This document shows, in pieces, positions 9,465-19,024 of a stretch of 64,000 bases of DNA (positions within the stretch are counted from its first letter, which is position 1; each line of letters begins with the position of its first letter). The position numbers and the translations under genes were made by a program. Below the pieces are notes generated by a model, which was not told the DNA's origin, ran no database searches, and worked only from the letters and a program-made list of their open reading frames with translations. The stretch lies in the NCBI GenBank assembly GCA_028823175.1, contig JAPKBZ010000002.1, positions 6,571 through 70,570 on the forward strand, given 5' to 3'. This DNA is from Myxococcota bacterium (lineage in GTDB: Bacteria > Myxococcota_A > UBA9160 > UBA4427).

Positions 9465-10445
9465 GTGCTCGAAAACCCCGTGGCCAGACAACAAGCAAAA
9501 GATCTCTACAAGGAACTCGGCGTCTCTCGGGACGCGGACGCCTCGGTCATCAAGCGGGCGTACCGAAAGCTCGCCCAGCAATATCACCCGGACCGCAACG
9601 CCGACGACGCCAAGGCCGAGGAACGCTTCAAGCAGATCTCCGCGGCCTACACCGTCCTTTCCGACGAAAAACGCCGGCGCGACTACGACGAGTTCGGCGA
9701 AATCGCCATCGACCCCAATTTTGACGCCGACAAGGCCCGGCGGGCGGGCCCCGGCTTTGGGGGCGGGTTCAGCCAGGGCTTCGGGGGCGGCGGCGGATTC
9801 TCCGAGGCCCAGGGCGGCGGCTTCGGGGATCTCTTCGGCGACCTCTTCGGGAGCGACCAGGGTGCCCACGCCCCGCGCTCCCAGAAGGGGGCGGACCTGG
9901 AGACCACCCTCGATCTGGATTTCGCCGAGGCGGTTCGCGGGTGCGAGAAGCGCGTGGACCTCGATCGGCCCCAGCCCAATGGCACCCACAAACGCGAGAC
10001 CTTGACCATTCGCATTCCCAGTGGCGTCGATGACGGTGGCCGGATTCGGCTCGCGGGCAAGGGGGGAGCGGGCGCCCAGGGTGGGCCGGCGGGCGACCTC
10101 ATGGCGACGGTTCGCGTTCGGCCCCACCGCTACCTCAATCGGAATAACCGCGACCTCGGGATGGAGGTCCCGATCACGGTGGTGGAAGCCATCCGAGGGG
10201 CCAAGATCGAAGTCCCGACCCTCGAGAGCGCCGTCACCCTGAGTGTGCCGGCCGGCAGCAATGGCGGCAGTCGCCTACGCCTCAAGGGCAAGGGCGTTCC
10301 GGCGGGAGGCGGCCGGGAAGCCGGCGACCTCTACGTCACCCTGCGGATCCAGGTACCCGGGGTTCTCGGCGAGGAACAAGCCCGACGGCTCGAGGAACTC
10401 CTGCCCGACGACGGCGATCACCTGCGCCGGGACGCGCTCTCCTGA
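9465..10445 (+). CDS. type II J-domain chaperone (DnaJ-class, CbpA-like; no Zn-finger)
   Basis: J-domain with HPD (QYHPDRN), Gly/Phe-rich linker, DnaJ C-terminal beta domains, no CxxCxGxG repeats. The start is uncertain: GTG 9465 or in-frame GTG 9480 behind AAGGAG. Confidence 0.85.
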   Translation: MLENPVARQQAKDLYKELGVSRDADASVIKRAYRKLAQQYHPDRNADDAKAEERFKQISAAYTVLSDEKRRRDYDEFGEIAIDPNFDADKARRAGPGFGGGFSQGFGGGGGFSEAQGGGFGDLFGDLFGSDQGAHAPRSQKGADLETTLDLDFAEAVRGCEKRVDLDRPQPNGTHKRETLTIRIPSGVDDGGRIRLAGKGGAGAQGGPAGDLMATVRVRPHRYLNRNNRDLGMEVPITVVEAIRGAKIEVPTLESAVTLSVPAGSNGGSRLRLKGKGVPAGGGREAGDLYVTLRIQVPGVLGEEQARRLEELLPDDGDHLRRDALS

Positions 10446-10491
10446 TAGAACTGGCTCTCGGAGCCGGAAGCGGAGGGTTCGGGGCCTGGGG

Positions 10492-10710
10492 CTAGGCCTC
10501 TTCTTCTTCCTGCTCGTCTTCTTCGTCCACGGGAAAGCCATAGCCCGCCAGATCCTCGGCGGTGGCCAGAGTTGAACCCGGACTCGCCACCTCGGGGTCG
10601 ACTCCCGATTCCTTGCGCTCGCGCATTTCCTCGCGCTTGTGGGCGGCCTTCTCGGCTTTTTTAACCTCGCGCAGGCGCTTGAGAACACCCGTCTTGCTTC
10701 GCTTTCCCAT
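10492..10710 (-). CDS. small hypothetical protein with basic N-terminus and acidic tail
   Basis: 72-aa ORF, MGKRSKTGVLKRLREVKKAEK...DEEDEQEEEEA. Codon usage is GC3-rich like its neighbours. I recognise no family. Confidence 0.45.
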   Translation of the reverse strand: MGKRSKTGVLKRLREVKKAEKAAHKREEMRERKESGVDPEVASPGSTLATAEDLAGYGFPVDEEDEQEEEEA

Positions 10711-11006
10711 TTAAAAATCCTCCCGCCGCGCACGCTCTGATCGGTTTCGGCGGGCAGCCTACCACAATCCATGCCCCCCTCTACCCGGGGGACCGGCTTT
10801 CGTTGGACGTCTGTCAATCCAGTCATCCCCTTGGGAAAAATACCTCCCAGGGCGAGCCAGGCCCCTCCTCTGATACGATGCCCGGCACAGCGAAGGCCAG
10901 CGGCGCGGGCGAGTTGTCGGCGGCTTCCTGGCCCTACCCTGCGCCCCCGCCCAAGAGTCCATAAAAAGAGCGCATTAAAGAGAGCCGATCAAGAGAAGGA
11001 GACCCC

Positions 11007-11474
11007 GTGCCCAAGCGACGCGACCAAATCCGCATGAGCGACGAAGAATTCTGGCGATTCATCGAGACCCAGAAGACCGTCCAGGTCGCCACGCTCCAAC
11101 GCGATGGAAGCTCCCACCTGATGCCCCTCTGGTTCGCCGTGGAGGACGGCGCCATCGTGCTCGAAACCTTCAGTAAGTCCCAAAAGGTCAAGAACCTCGA
11201 ACGCGACCCGCGCATCACCCTGCTCTTCGAGGACGGCGACGAGTATAATGCCCTGCGCGGCGCCTCCATCGGCGCTCGAGCCGAACTCATTCAGGACGAT
11301 ATCGAGCGGGTTCATGCCCTCCACATGGCGGTCCTTTTGCGAAACACTCCGGATATTCCCCGGGATGTCCTCGAGCAGGCCTCGCGGAGCATGGCGCCCA
11401 AGAAGACCGCTATCCTTGTTCGCCCGGAAAAGATCGTCAGCTGGGATCACAGCAAGCTTGAGGGGATCTACTGA
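11007..11474 (+). CDS. pyridoxamine 5'-phosphate oxidase (PPOX) family, possibly F420/FMN-dependent
   Basis: GTG 11007 lies 5 nt after AGAAGGAG. The split-barrel pattern (VATLQRDGSSHLMPLWF...) is typical of the PPOX class. Confidence 0.7.
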   Translation: MPKRRDQIRMSDEEFWRFIETQKTVQVATLQRDGSSHLMPLWFAVEDGAIVLETFSKSQKVKNLERDPRITLLFEDGDEYNALRGASIGARAELIQDDIERVHALHMAVLLRNTPDIPRDVLEQASRSMAPKKTAILVRPEKIVSWDHSKLEGIY

Positions 11475-11475
11475 A

Positions 11476-12423
11476 ATGCTTCGGATCAGGCGAAGCCTGG
11501 CGCTGGCGGCCTGCTTGATCCCGGTCGGGTTCGGCCCGGCCCTGGCCCAGATCGCCTTTCCCTCGGTGGAACGCGACGCCCCCCAATGGAACGCGAAGGT
11601 CGGCGGAGCGGCCCGCTATCAGATGGCCACCGCCATCGACACCGGGGGGAATTTCGAAACCCTGCAATACACGATCGCGGCCTGGGCGGAAGGGCCGCTG
11701 ACCGAAAGCATCCAACTCGGCTTCGATGCCTCGTACTCCCACACGGCCTTCGAATTCGGAGCGGGTTCGGGGGCGGCTTGCGCCGACCCGGCCGCCTGCT
11801 TTAGCCCGTCGGCCTGGCAGGATGTCCACCGACTCGACCTGTCGCCCCAGGCCAGCCTGCTCCTGACCCCGGCGATCCGACTTCGCTTTATGGTCCCCAT
11901 CCGCTGGAATGCCGCGAACCAGGCCGAGGCCGGGGCGATCACGGCGGGAGCCGTTGCTGTGCTCCAGTGGAAGCTCTCGTCGACCCTCACCGCCGGCCTC
12001 GGAATCGGTATCCGCAGCGCTCTGGGTGAGGATTCGAACGTCTACCCCGCGATCTCCCTGGACTGGAAGATAGGCTCGGAACTTCGCCTCCAGACGCGCG
12101 GCGGCCCCTACCAGGGGGGCGAAGTGGCTCTGGTCTGGAGCCCCAGCGAGACTTTCCAGGGCGTGCTCACGGCGGGCTACCAACGCCAGCGTTTTCGCTT
12201 GGCCACGGGTGGGGCCAACCCGAATGGCATCGGCCAGGAGACCTCGGTGCCCCTGCTCGCCGCCCTTGAGTTACGGTTCTCCCCGAGGCTGCGCATCGTG
12301 GCCCAGGGCGGCATGGCGGTGGCCGGCGAACTCAGCATCGAAGACGCCCTAGGGAATCGGCTCGTCAAGAGCGGCTTCGATTCGGCCGGGCTTGTGCGCG
12401 GCTACGCGACGGTGAGTTTCTAG
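11476..12423 (+). CDS. putative outer-membrane beta-barrel protein
   Basis: Start reassigned to ATG 11476, in frame with the track ORF from 11248. Signal peptide MLRIRRSLALAACLIPVGFGPALA. Alternating beta-strand pattern, C-terminal ...ATVSF. Confidence 0.6.
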   Translation: MLRIRRSLALAACLIPVGFGPALAQIAFPSVERDAPQWNAKVGGAARYQMATAIDTGGNFETLQYTIAAWAEGPLTESIQLGFDASYSHTAFEFGAGSGAACADPAACFSPSAWQDVHRLDLSPQASLLLTPAIRLRFMVPIRWNAANQAEAGAITAGAVAVLQWKLSSTLTAGLGIGIRSALGEDSNVYPAISLDWKIGSELRLQTRGGPYQGGEVALVWSPSETFQGVLTAGYQRQRFRLATGGANPNGIGQETSVPLLAALELRFSPRLRIVAQGGMAVAGELSIEDALGNRLVKSGFDSAGLVRGYATVSF

Positions 12424-12454
12424 GGAATCGTCGCCCGCACGGCCAAGCCCAGGC

Positions 12455-13924
12455 TCAGCCCTTTGCGGCCTCGCGCTGGGGCAGGTTCGGCATCACGAGA
12501 CCCGCCAACTCCTCGAGGCACCGGACGACCTGCCGGCTATAGCCGAATTCATTGTCGTACCAGACGTAGAGGACGCAGTACTCGCCGTTGACGATGGTCG
12601 CCTTGGCATCGACGATGCCCGCATAGCGGTTGCCGACAAAATCGCTGGAGGCCACCTCGCTCGAAGTGACGTAGTCAATCTGGTTCTGCAGGGGACCCTC
12701 GATGGACGCGGCCCGCAGCACCTCATTAATCTCTTTCACCGCCGTCGGTCGGGACAGGTGCAGATTCAGGATCGCGAGAGAAACGTTCGGCGTCGGCACG
12801 CGAACCGCGTTGCCCGTCAACTTCCCGGCCAATTCGGGAAGGGCCGCCGCCACGGCCTTCGCGGCCCCGGTCTCGGTGACCACCATATTCAGGGTAGCCG
12901 CTCGACCCCGGCGATCCTTCTCATGATAGTTGTCGATCAGGTTCTGGTCGTTGGTGAAGGAGTGGCAGCTTTCCATGTGGCCGGCCACGATCTTGAATTC
13001 GTCATGAACCACCTTGAGCACGGGCACGATGGCGTTGGTGGTACAACTCGCCGCCGAGATCAGGGGGCCGCCGTCGCGCATGCCCTCGTGATTCACCCCG
13101 TAGACAAAATTGGGGATATCGCCCTTTCCCGGCGCAGTCAAAATCACCTGGGAGGAGCCCGGAGCCTTGAGGTGACGTCCCAACTCTTCCCGGGTGCGCC
13201 ATTTCCCGGTGTTGTCGACGATGAGGGCATCCTGAATCCCGTAGTCGGTGTAGTCGATTTGGTCGGGCCCATCGGAGTAGATGACAAGAATCCGGTTGCC
13301 GTTGACGATCAGCGCCTCGCCCTCTTCGTCGATGGTAATGGTTCCCTGAAAGTGGCCATGGACCGAATCCCGGCGCAGGAGGCTGGCCCGCTTCTGGAGG
13401 TCATCCTTCTTGCTGCCCCCCTTGCGGACAACCACAGCGCGCAGACGCAGAGCGTCGCCACGGCCGGTCTTGCCCACCAGGATGCGGGTCACCAGACGAC
13501 CGATCCGCCCGAAACCATAGAGGACAACGTCCTGAGGTCGGGGACGAATCGAAGCGCGCCCGGTGCAAACATGCGCCAACTCCGCAGACACAACTTCGGC
13601 AACGTTGGCCCCCTCCCCGCGACCCAGGCTCTGGGTGAAGAGGGTCCCGATATCTATCCGTGCGGGTGAGAGATCGAGTCCCGAAATGACCTCGAGGACG
13701 GAGTGGGTATCGGCCAGGGAGATAGCGACTTGGAAATTCTGCTGAGCGGTCTCGTGGAGCTGAATGATTTCGATCGGAGTCTTATTCACCAGGGAGTGAC
13801 CGAAGATCGTGATGATGACGCCCCGGTCGCGATAAAGACGCCCCACCCGAGGGATCATGTCTTCGGCTAGATGGGCGCTGCGTGCCCAATCGGACAGGTG
13901 ACTGTCGCTGGTGGAATCACTCAT
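12455..13924 (-). CDS. gap: glyceraldehyde-3-phosphate dehydrogenase, long form with ~130-aa N-terminal extension
   Basis: GFGRIGR NAD-binding motif, ASCTTNA catalytic Cys motif, C-terminal WYDNEFGYS. 489 aa. Confidence 0.9.
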   Translation of the reverse strand: MSDSTSDSHLSDWARSAHLAEDMIPRVGRLYRDRGVIITIFGHSLVNKTPIEIIQLHETAQQNFQVAISLADTHSVLEVISGLDLSPARIDIGTLFTQSLGRGEGANVAEVVSAELAHVCTGRASIRPRPQDVVLYGFGRIGRLVTRILVGKTGRGDALRLRAVVVRKGGSKKDDLQKRASLLRRDSVHGHFQGTITIDEEGEALIVNGNRILVIYSDGPDQIDYTDYGIQDALIVDNTGKWRTREELGRHLKAPGSSQVILTAPGKGDIPNFVYGVNHEGMRDGGPLISAASCTTNAIVPVLKVVHDEFKIVAGHMESCHSFTNDQNLIDNYHEKDRRGRAATLNMVVTETGAAKAVAAALPELAGKLTGNAVRVPTPNVSLAILNLHLSRPTAVKEINEVLRAASIEGPLQNQIDYVTSSEVASSDFVGNRYAGIVDAKATIVNGEYCVLYVWYDNEFGYSRQVVRCLEELAGLVMPNLPQREAAKG

Positions 13925-14339
13925 TCCAGATCTTCCTCGCTGGTTCGACGAGGGAAGCGATCGCTCCCCTCGTGGTCAGTTTTCGGGTTCAGGGGGACTC
14001 GAACCCGGTGTACGTCGGTGGCGGGCGCACGCCGAGCGGCCACGAACCGCTTGACGCTAACCAAAGCGGGGAGATGCGCCAAGCCAATCGTTCTCGGGAC
14101 CAAAACGAGCAGCGATTTGACGCACGCCCGGGCCCAGGAAGCCACCCGGGCGAGCGGGTCGACGCAGGCGCCCCAACGCGGCAGACTCGTCCTCCACCCG
14201 AGAGATCGAGAACACCCGGGAATCCGCGCCCCGGCCTCGCCGAAGCGACGCATCCGAGCCCGGACGCGCCGCTAATATCGCGCCGAGGGATCGCGAACCA
14301 ACAACCTGGCCACCCACCCCTGGAGGCCTGGGAGACGAC

Positions 14340-15518
14340 ATGCACATCGCCTACACGCCGGAGCAGGAAGCCCTTCGCAACGAACTCCGGGCCTATTATG
14401 ACAAGTTGCTCACCCCCGACATCCGCCAGGCCATCCACGAAGGCCACGGAACCGGCGAGGCCATGCGCAGCGTGGTGCGGCAGATGGGTAAGGACGGCTG
14501 GCTGGGCATCGGCTGGCCCGAGGAATACGGTGGCCAGGGTCGCTCGGATATCGAGCAGTTCATTTTCTTCGACGAATCGATGCGCTCGGGAGCCCCGGTC
14601 CCCATGCTCACCATCAACACCGTCGGCCCGACCCTCTATCGAAACGGCAGTCAGGAACAGAAGGACTTTTTCCTGCCGCGCATCCTCAAGGGCGAGATTC
14701 ACTTCTGCATCGGTTACACCGAACCCGACTCGGGCACGGACCTCGCTTCCCTGACCACTCGAGCCGAGCGCGAGGGGGACGACTACGTCATCAACGGCCA
14801 AAAGGTCTACACGAGTCTGGCGAGCGATGCCGACTACATCTGGCTCGCCACCCGGACCGATCCCGAGGCAGCCAAGCACGCGGGCATCTCGATGTTCGTC
14901 GTCGATATGGACAGCGAGGGCATTAAGGCCGAGCCCATGTCCCTGCTCTCGGATCACAATATCTGCAGCACCTACTTCGATAACGTCCGGGTGCCCGCCT
15001 CCCGGCTCGTCGGAGGCGAGAACAAGGGCTGGAAGCTGATCACCAGCCAACTCAACCACGAGCGAGTCACCATCTGCTCCCCGGGCATGCTGGAGAGCGC
15101 TTACGATCAGGTCCTCAAATGGACCCGGGAGACCCGCACCGCCCGCGGAGAGCGGGTGATCGACCAGGAATGGGTCCAGGTCAATCTGGCGCGCGTCCAC
15201 TCCGGGCTCCACTTTCTGCGCCTGCTCAACTGGAAGGTGGCTTGGTCCAGCACCCAGGGCCGACTCGACACCGCCGATGCCTCGAGTATCAAGGTCTTCG
15301 GGACCGAATTTTACCTCGAAGCATTCCGTCTCTTGATGGAGATCATGGGCGAGCGCGCCTACCTGCGGCGGGGCTCCCCCGACGACCTCGTCTCCGGCTA
15401 CGTGGAGTCCCTCTACCGCAGCCTCCTCATCCTCACCTTCGGCGGGGGCACCAACGAGATCCAGCGTGATCTCATCGGCCTCTTCGGACTCGGGCTTCCC
15501 CGGGTCCCGCGCATGTAG
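14340..15518 (+). CDS. acyl-CoA dehydrogenase (catalytic-type subunit)
   Basis: GYTEPDSGTD ACAD signature. The C-terminal GGGTNEIQRDLIG retains the catalytic-base Glu. Confidence 0.9.
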   Translation: MHIAYTPEQEALRNELRAYYDKLLTPDIRQAIHEGHGTGEAMRSVVRQMGKDGWLGIGWPEEYGGQGRSDIEQFIFFDESMRSGAPVPMLTINTVGPTLYRNGSQEQKDFFLPRILKGEIHFCIGYTEPDSGTDLASLTTRAEREGDDYVINGQKVYTSLASDADYIWLATRTDPEAAKHAGISMFVVDMDSEGIKAEPMSLLSDHNICSTYFDNVRVPASRLVGGENKGWKLITSQLNHERVTICSPGMLESAYDQVLKWTRETRTARGERVIDQEWVQVNLARVHSGLHFLRLLNWKVAWSSTQGRLDTADASSIKVFGTEFYLEAFRLLMEIMGERAYLRRGSPDDLVSGYVESLYRSLLILTFGGGTNEIQRDLIGLFGLGLPRVPRM

Positions 15519-15538
15519 ACAAAGAACGGAGTCGGCAA

Positions 15539-16663
15539 ATGAACTTTGCTCCCACAGAAAACGAGTTGGCTTTCGCGGGCCTGGCCGCACAAATCCTGAC
15601 GGACAGCGCTAGCCAAGACCGGCTGCGCGAAATCGAAGCCGAGGAGGGGCCGCGCTTCGACCCGAAGCTCTGGCGAAAAATGGCGGAAGCCGGCCTGCTC
15701 GGCATCGCGATCCCCGAGGAGTACGGGGGCTCGGGCCAGGGGTTTTTCGAACTGAGCCGAATCCTCGAGGAAATCGGTCGACGAACGGCGCCCATCCCGC
15801 TGCTCGAATCCGCAGTGCTTGGCGCCCTGCCCATCGCGGAATTCGGCAGCGAGGCCCAGAAGCAGGCGCTCCTCCCGGGTGCTGCCCAGGGCGAGTTGAT
15901 CCTGACCTCGGCCCTGGTCGAGGACCAGGCGATCCCGACGGAGCCCGTCACCCGGGCCCGCAGCGACGGCGAGGGCTTCCGCCTCGAGGGTCGCAAAATT
16001 TGCGTGCCCGCCGGGCAACTCGCCCACCGGGTGATCGTGCCGGCGACCCTCGACGACGGCAGCGTGGGCCTCTTCATCGTCGACCCCGAGGCCGAGGGCG
16101 TCGAAATGATCCCCCTACTCACCACCAGCGGCCAGCCGGAAGCCACCCTCGAACTGACCGGGGCACGGGTGCGGGAAGCGGATCGCCTGGGGGCCGCCGA
16201 TCGAGGCGCCGAAACCCTCGACTGGATCCGCGAACGCGGTACGGCCGCCCTGTGCTCCCTGGCCCTGGGAGTCTGTGAGGAGGCGCTCCGCCTGACCGCC
16301 GAGTACACCAAGACCCGCAAGCAATTCGGCCAGCCTATCGCGACCTTCCAGGCCGTAGGCCAACGCCAGGCCGATGCCTACGTGGACACCGAGGCCGTCC
16401 GCCTGACCGCCTGGCAGGCCGCCTGGCGGATTTCCGCCAACCTGCCTGCCAGCGAAGCCGTAGCCGTGGCCAAATACTGGGCCGCCGAGGGCGGACAACG
16501 GGTGGTCCACTCGGCCGCGCACCTCCACGGCGGGATGGGGGTCGATCGCGATTACCCGCTGCACCGCTACTTTCTCTACGCCAAGCAACTCGAACTGAGC
16601 CTGGGCGGAGCCACCTACCAGCTGAGAAGCCTGGGCAGGATGCTCGCCCAGGGAAGCGCCTGA
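15539..16663 (+). CDS. acyl-CoA dehydrogenase family protein (partner subunit lacking the canonical catalytic Glu)
   Basis: ACAD fold (YWAAEGGQRVVHSAAHLHGGMGV). The position equivalent to TNEIQR reads ATYQLR. It starts 20 nt after the upstream ACAD. Confidence 0.85.
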   Translation: MNFAPTENELAFAGLAAQILTDSASQDRLREIEAEEGPRFDPKLWRKMAEAGLLGIAIPEEYGGSGQGFFELSRILEEIGRRTAPIPLLESAVLGALPIAEFGSEAQKQALLPGAAQGELILTSALVEDQAIPTEPVTRARSDGEGFRLEGRKICVPAGQLAHRVIVPATLDDGSVGLFIVDPEAEGVEMIPLLTTSGQPEATLELTGARVREADRLGAADRGAETLDWIRERGTAALCSLALGVCEEALRLTAEYTKTRKQFGQPIATFQAVGQRQADAYVDTEAVRLTAWQAAWRISANLPASEAVAVAKYWAAEGGQRVVHSAAHLHGGMGVDRDYPLHRYFLYAKQLELSLGGATYQLRSLGRMLAQGSA

Positions 16664-16693
16664 TCTCTTGGGCTCCGGGAAAGAGGCTAAATT

Positions 16694-17890
16694 TTGACAC
16701 AGAGCAGCGAAGATTCGACCACCGCCGCGCGCAACCGCTCGACCCTGCCGATCCTCTTCAGCGTCATCATCGTCGACCTGATCGGCTTTGGGATCGTGAT
16801 CCCGATCCTCCCCGCCTACACCAAGGATCTCGGGGCTTCGGCGGGCATTCTGGGCATGCTGCTCGCGACCCACGCCGCGCTGCAATTCATCTTTGCCCCG
16901 ATCTGGGGGCGGGCCTCCGACCGCTTCGGCCGGCGGCCGGTCATGCTGCTCACTATCGCCGGGACCTGCGGCGCCCTCTTGATGCTCGGCCTGGCCGAGA
17001 GCATCCTGGGTCTCTTCATCTCGCGGCTCCTCTCCGGGCTCTTCAGCGCCAATATCAGCGTGGCCACGGCCTACGTAGCCGACGTCACGGACGAGAGTGA
17101 ACGCACGCGCTGGATGGGCATGGTGGGGGCCTCCTTCGGAGTCGGCTTCATCCTCGGCCCGGCTCTCGGCGGCCTGCTCCACCCCTTCTCGGCGAGCCTG
17201 CCCGCCTTCGTGGCCGCTGGACTCGCGGGAATCAACCTCGTGTGGGCGGCCTTTACCCTCCGGGAGCCCGAGCGGCACGCAGGCCGGGCGATCAAGCGGG
17301 CGGGCCTGCGCGCGGCTCTGGCCGATCCGGTGGTGGCCCGGATCTGCATCACGAATCTCTTTTTCACCGTGGGCGTCTCCCAACTCGAATCGACCTTCTT
17401 CTACTGGATGAGCGACGAATTCGGGTACTCGGTCCGCCAGGTCGCCTATATCCTGGTCGCCATGGCCGTGGTCATGGCCGGTATCCAGGGCGGCGGCATT
17501 CGCTCCCTGGTCAATCGCCTGGGGGAGAAGCGAATGCTGGTCAGCGGGCTCGTTCTGATGGCCCTGGCCTTTCCCGTGATTCCCTCGGTCCATGTTGTCG
17601 GCCTCCTGTTGATCCCCCTGGCGGTCTCCGCTCTGGGGCGGGCCATCGCCCAGCCGCCCATGACGAGCCTAATCTCCATGCGGGGCGAGGCCTCGGGCCG
17701 AGGCGAGTTAATGGGGTTCTTCCAATCCAGCGCCGCTCTGGCCCGAATCTTCGGCCCCCTGGTGGCGGGCTTCCTCTACGACCTGTCCGGCACCTTCCCC
17801 TTCTATCTGGCGGGGGGCCTCTTCGCCATCGGAGCCCTGCTCTCCCTCGGACTCCAGAGCACGGACACGCCTCGCCCCGAAAACGCGTAG
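16694..17890 (+). CDS. MFS transporter (drug:H+ antiporter/TetA-like)
   Basis: Motif A GRASDRFGRRPVML and roughly 12 hydrophobic segments. TTG start. Confidence 0.85.
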   Translation: MTQSSEDSTTAARNRSTLPILFSVIIVDLIGFGIVIPILPAYTKDLGASAGILGMLLATHAALQFIFAPIWGRASDRFGRRPVMLLTIAGTCGALLMLGLAESILGLFISRLLSGLFSANISVATAYVADVTDESERTRWMGMVGASFGVGFILGPALGGLLHPFSASLPAFVAAGLAGINLVWAAFTLREPERHAGRAIKRAGLRAALADPVVARICITNLFFTVGVSQLESTFFYWMSDEFGYSVRQVAYILVAMAVVMAGIQGGGIRSLVNRLGEKRMLVSGLVLMALAFPVIPSVHVVGLLLIPLAVSALGRAIAQPPMTSLISMRGEASGRGELMGFFQSSAALARIFGPLVAGFLYDLSGTFPFYLAGGLFAIGALLSLGLQSTDTPRPENA

Positions 17891-17974
17891 CCCGGGCTCC
17901 CTCCGCCGAGACGCCCAGGCCTTGATTCGTTAAGATCCGCGCCCAGGCGAACCGCCCACTGCCAGGAGATCCAC

Positions 17975-19024
17975 GTGTCCGATCCCGAATCCGGCGACGC
18001 CGGCAACGACTCAAGCGCCCCGACCCTCGCCGAGGCCGAAGCGAAAATTCTCGCCTGCGAGAGTTCCGAGGCGCTCAAGGAAGTCGAGCGCGAGTACGTC
18101 GGCAAGCAGGGCGTGGTCGCGCGCCTGCTGGCCTCGATTCCCGACGCCCCGCCCGAGGAGCGCCCCGAAGTAGGGAAGCAGGCGAATATCCTCAAAAAAG
18201 GGGTCCAGCAGGCCATTCAAGCCCGGCAGCAGGGCCTAGCCGATGCCCGGGTGGCCACCGAGCGCGAGGGCCAGGGCTTCGACCCCAGCCTACCCCCGCC
18301 CCGCCCCCAGCGCGGATCGCTCCACCCCCTGACCCAGGTCACCCGAGAACTCGAGGACCTCTTCCAATCCATGGGCTACCGGATACTCGATGGCCCCGAG
18401 ATCGAGACCGACTACTACAATTTCGAGGCCCTGAATATTCCCGCCGACCACCCCGCCCGGGATAGTCACGACACCTTCTTCTGCGAGGGGGACGGGCATT
18501 TGGTCCTCCGCACCCATACCTCGCCGGTCCAGATCAGGGCGCTGGAAAACCTCGAGCCGCCTTTGCGCGTCGTGATCCCGGGCAAGGTCTTTCGCCACGA
18601 ATCCACCGACGCGAGCCACGACCACACCTTCCACCAGATGGAGGGCCTAGTCGTCGATCGGGACATCTCGGTCGCCCACCTGATCGGCGCCATGAAAACC
18701 CTGCTTCGCGGCATCTTCGACCGGGATCTCGAAGTGCGGCTCCGCCCGGGCTATTTCCCCTTCGTCGAACCCGGCTTCGAACTCGATGCCCGCTGCCCCT
18801 TCTGCGAAGAGGGCTGCCGGGTCTGCAAGCGGACCCGCTGGATCGAACTTCTGCCCTGCGGACTCGTCCACCCCAACGTGCTTCGCGCGGGAGGCGTGGA
18901 TCCCGAGGAATGGGGCGCTTTTGCCTTCGGACTCGGCCTCTCACGCCTCGTCATGCTGCGGCATGCCATCGACGACGTCCGCCATCTTCTCGGCGGCGAC
19001 ATTCGTTTCTTGGAGCAGTTCTAA
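17975..19024 (+). CDS. pheS: phenylalanine--tRNA ligase alpha subunit
   Basis: Class II motifs: FRHESTDASHDHTFHQMEGLVVD and GFAFGLGLSRLVML. GTG start. Confidence 0.95.
   Translation: MSDPESGDAGNDSSAPTLAEAEAKILACESSEALKEVEREYVGKQGVVARLLASIPDAPPEERPEVGKQANILKKGVQQAIQARQQGLADARVATEREGQGFDPSLPPPRPQRGSLHPLTQVTRELEDLFQSMGYRILDGPEIETDYYNFEALNIPADHPARDSHDTFFCEGDGHLVLRTHTSPVQIRALENLEPPLRVVIPGKVFRHESTDASHDHTFHQMEGLVVDRDISVAHLIGAMKTLLRGIFDRDLEVRLRPGYFPFVEPGFELDARCPFCEEGCRVCKRTRWIELLPCGLVHPNVLRAGGVDPEEWGAFAFGLGLSRLVMLRHAIDDVRHLLGGDIRFLEQF

Noticed and set aside
13985-14075. A GGGGGACTCGAACCCGG segment resembling the reverse-complement of a tRNA or tmRNA T-arm, and a GCCGAGCGGCC segment resembling a type II tRNA D-loop. 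Both lie in the long gap-ACAD intergenic region.
   Set aside because: I could not fold a cloverleaf. The T-stem would have only 3 base pairs. There is no acceptor stem or CCA-compatible 3' end and no 7-nt anticodon loop (the only TCA context sits in a 13-nt loop). No tmRNA tag reading frame ending in ..AA-stop is present, and no RNase P or SRP conserved boxes are present. It needs tRNAscan/Infernal before any claim.
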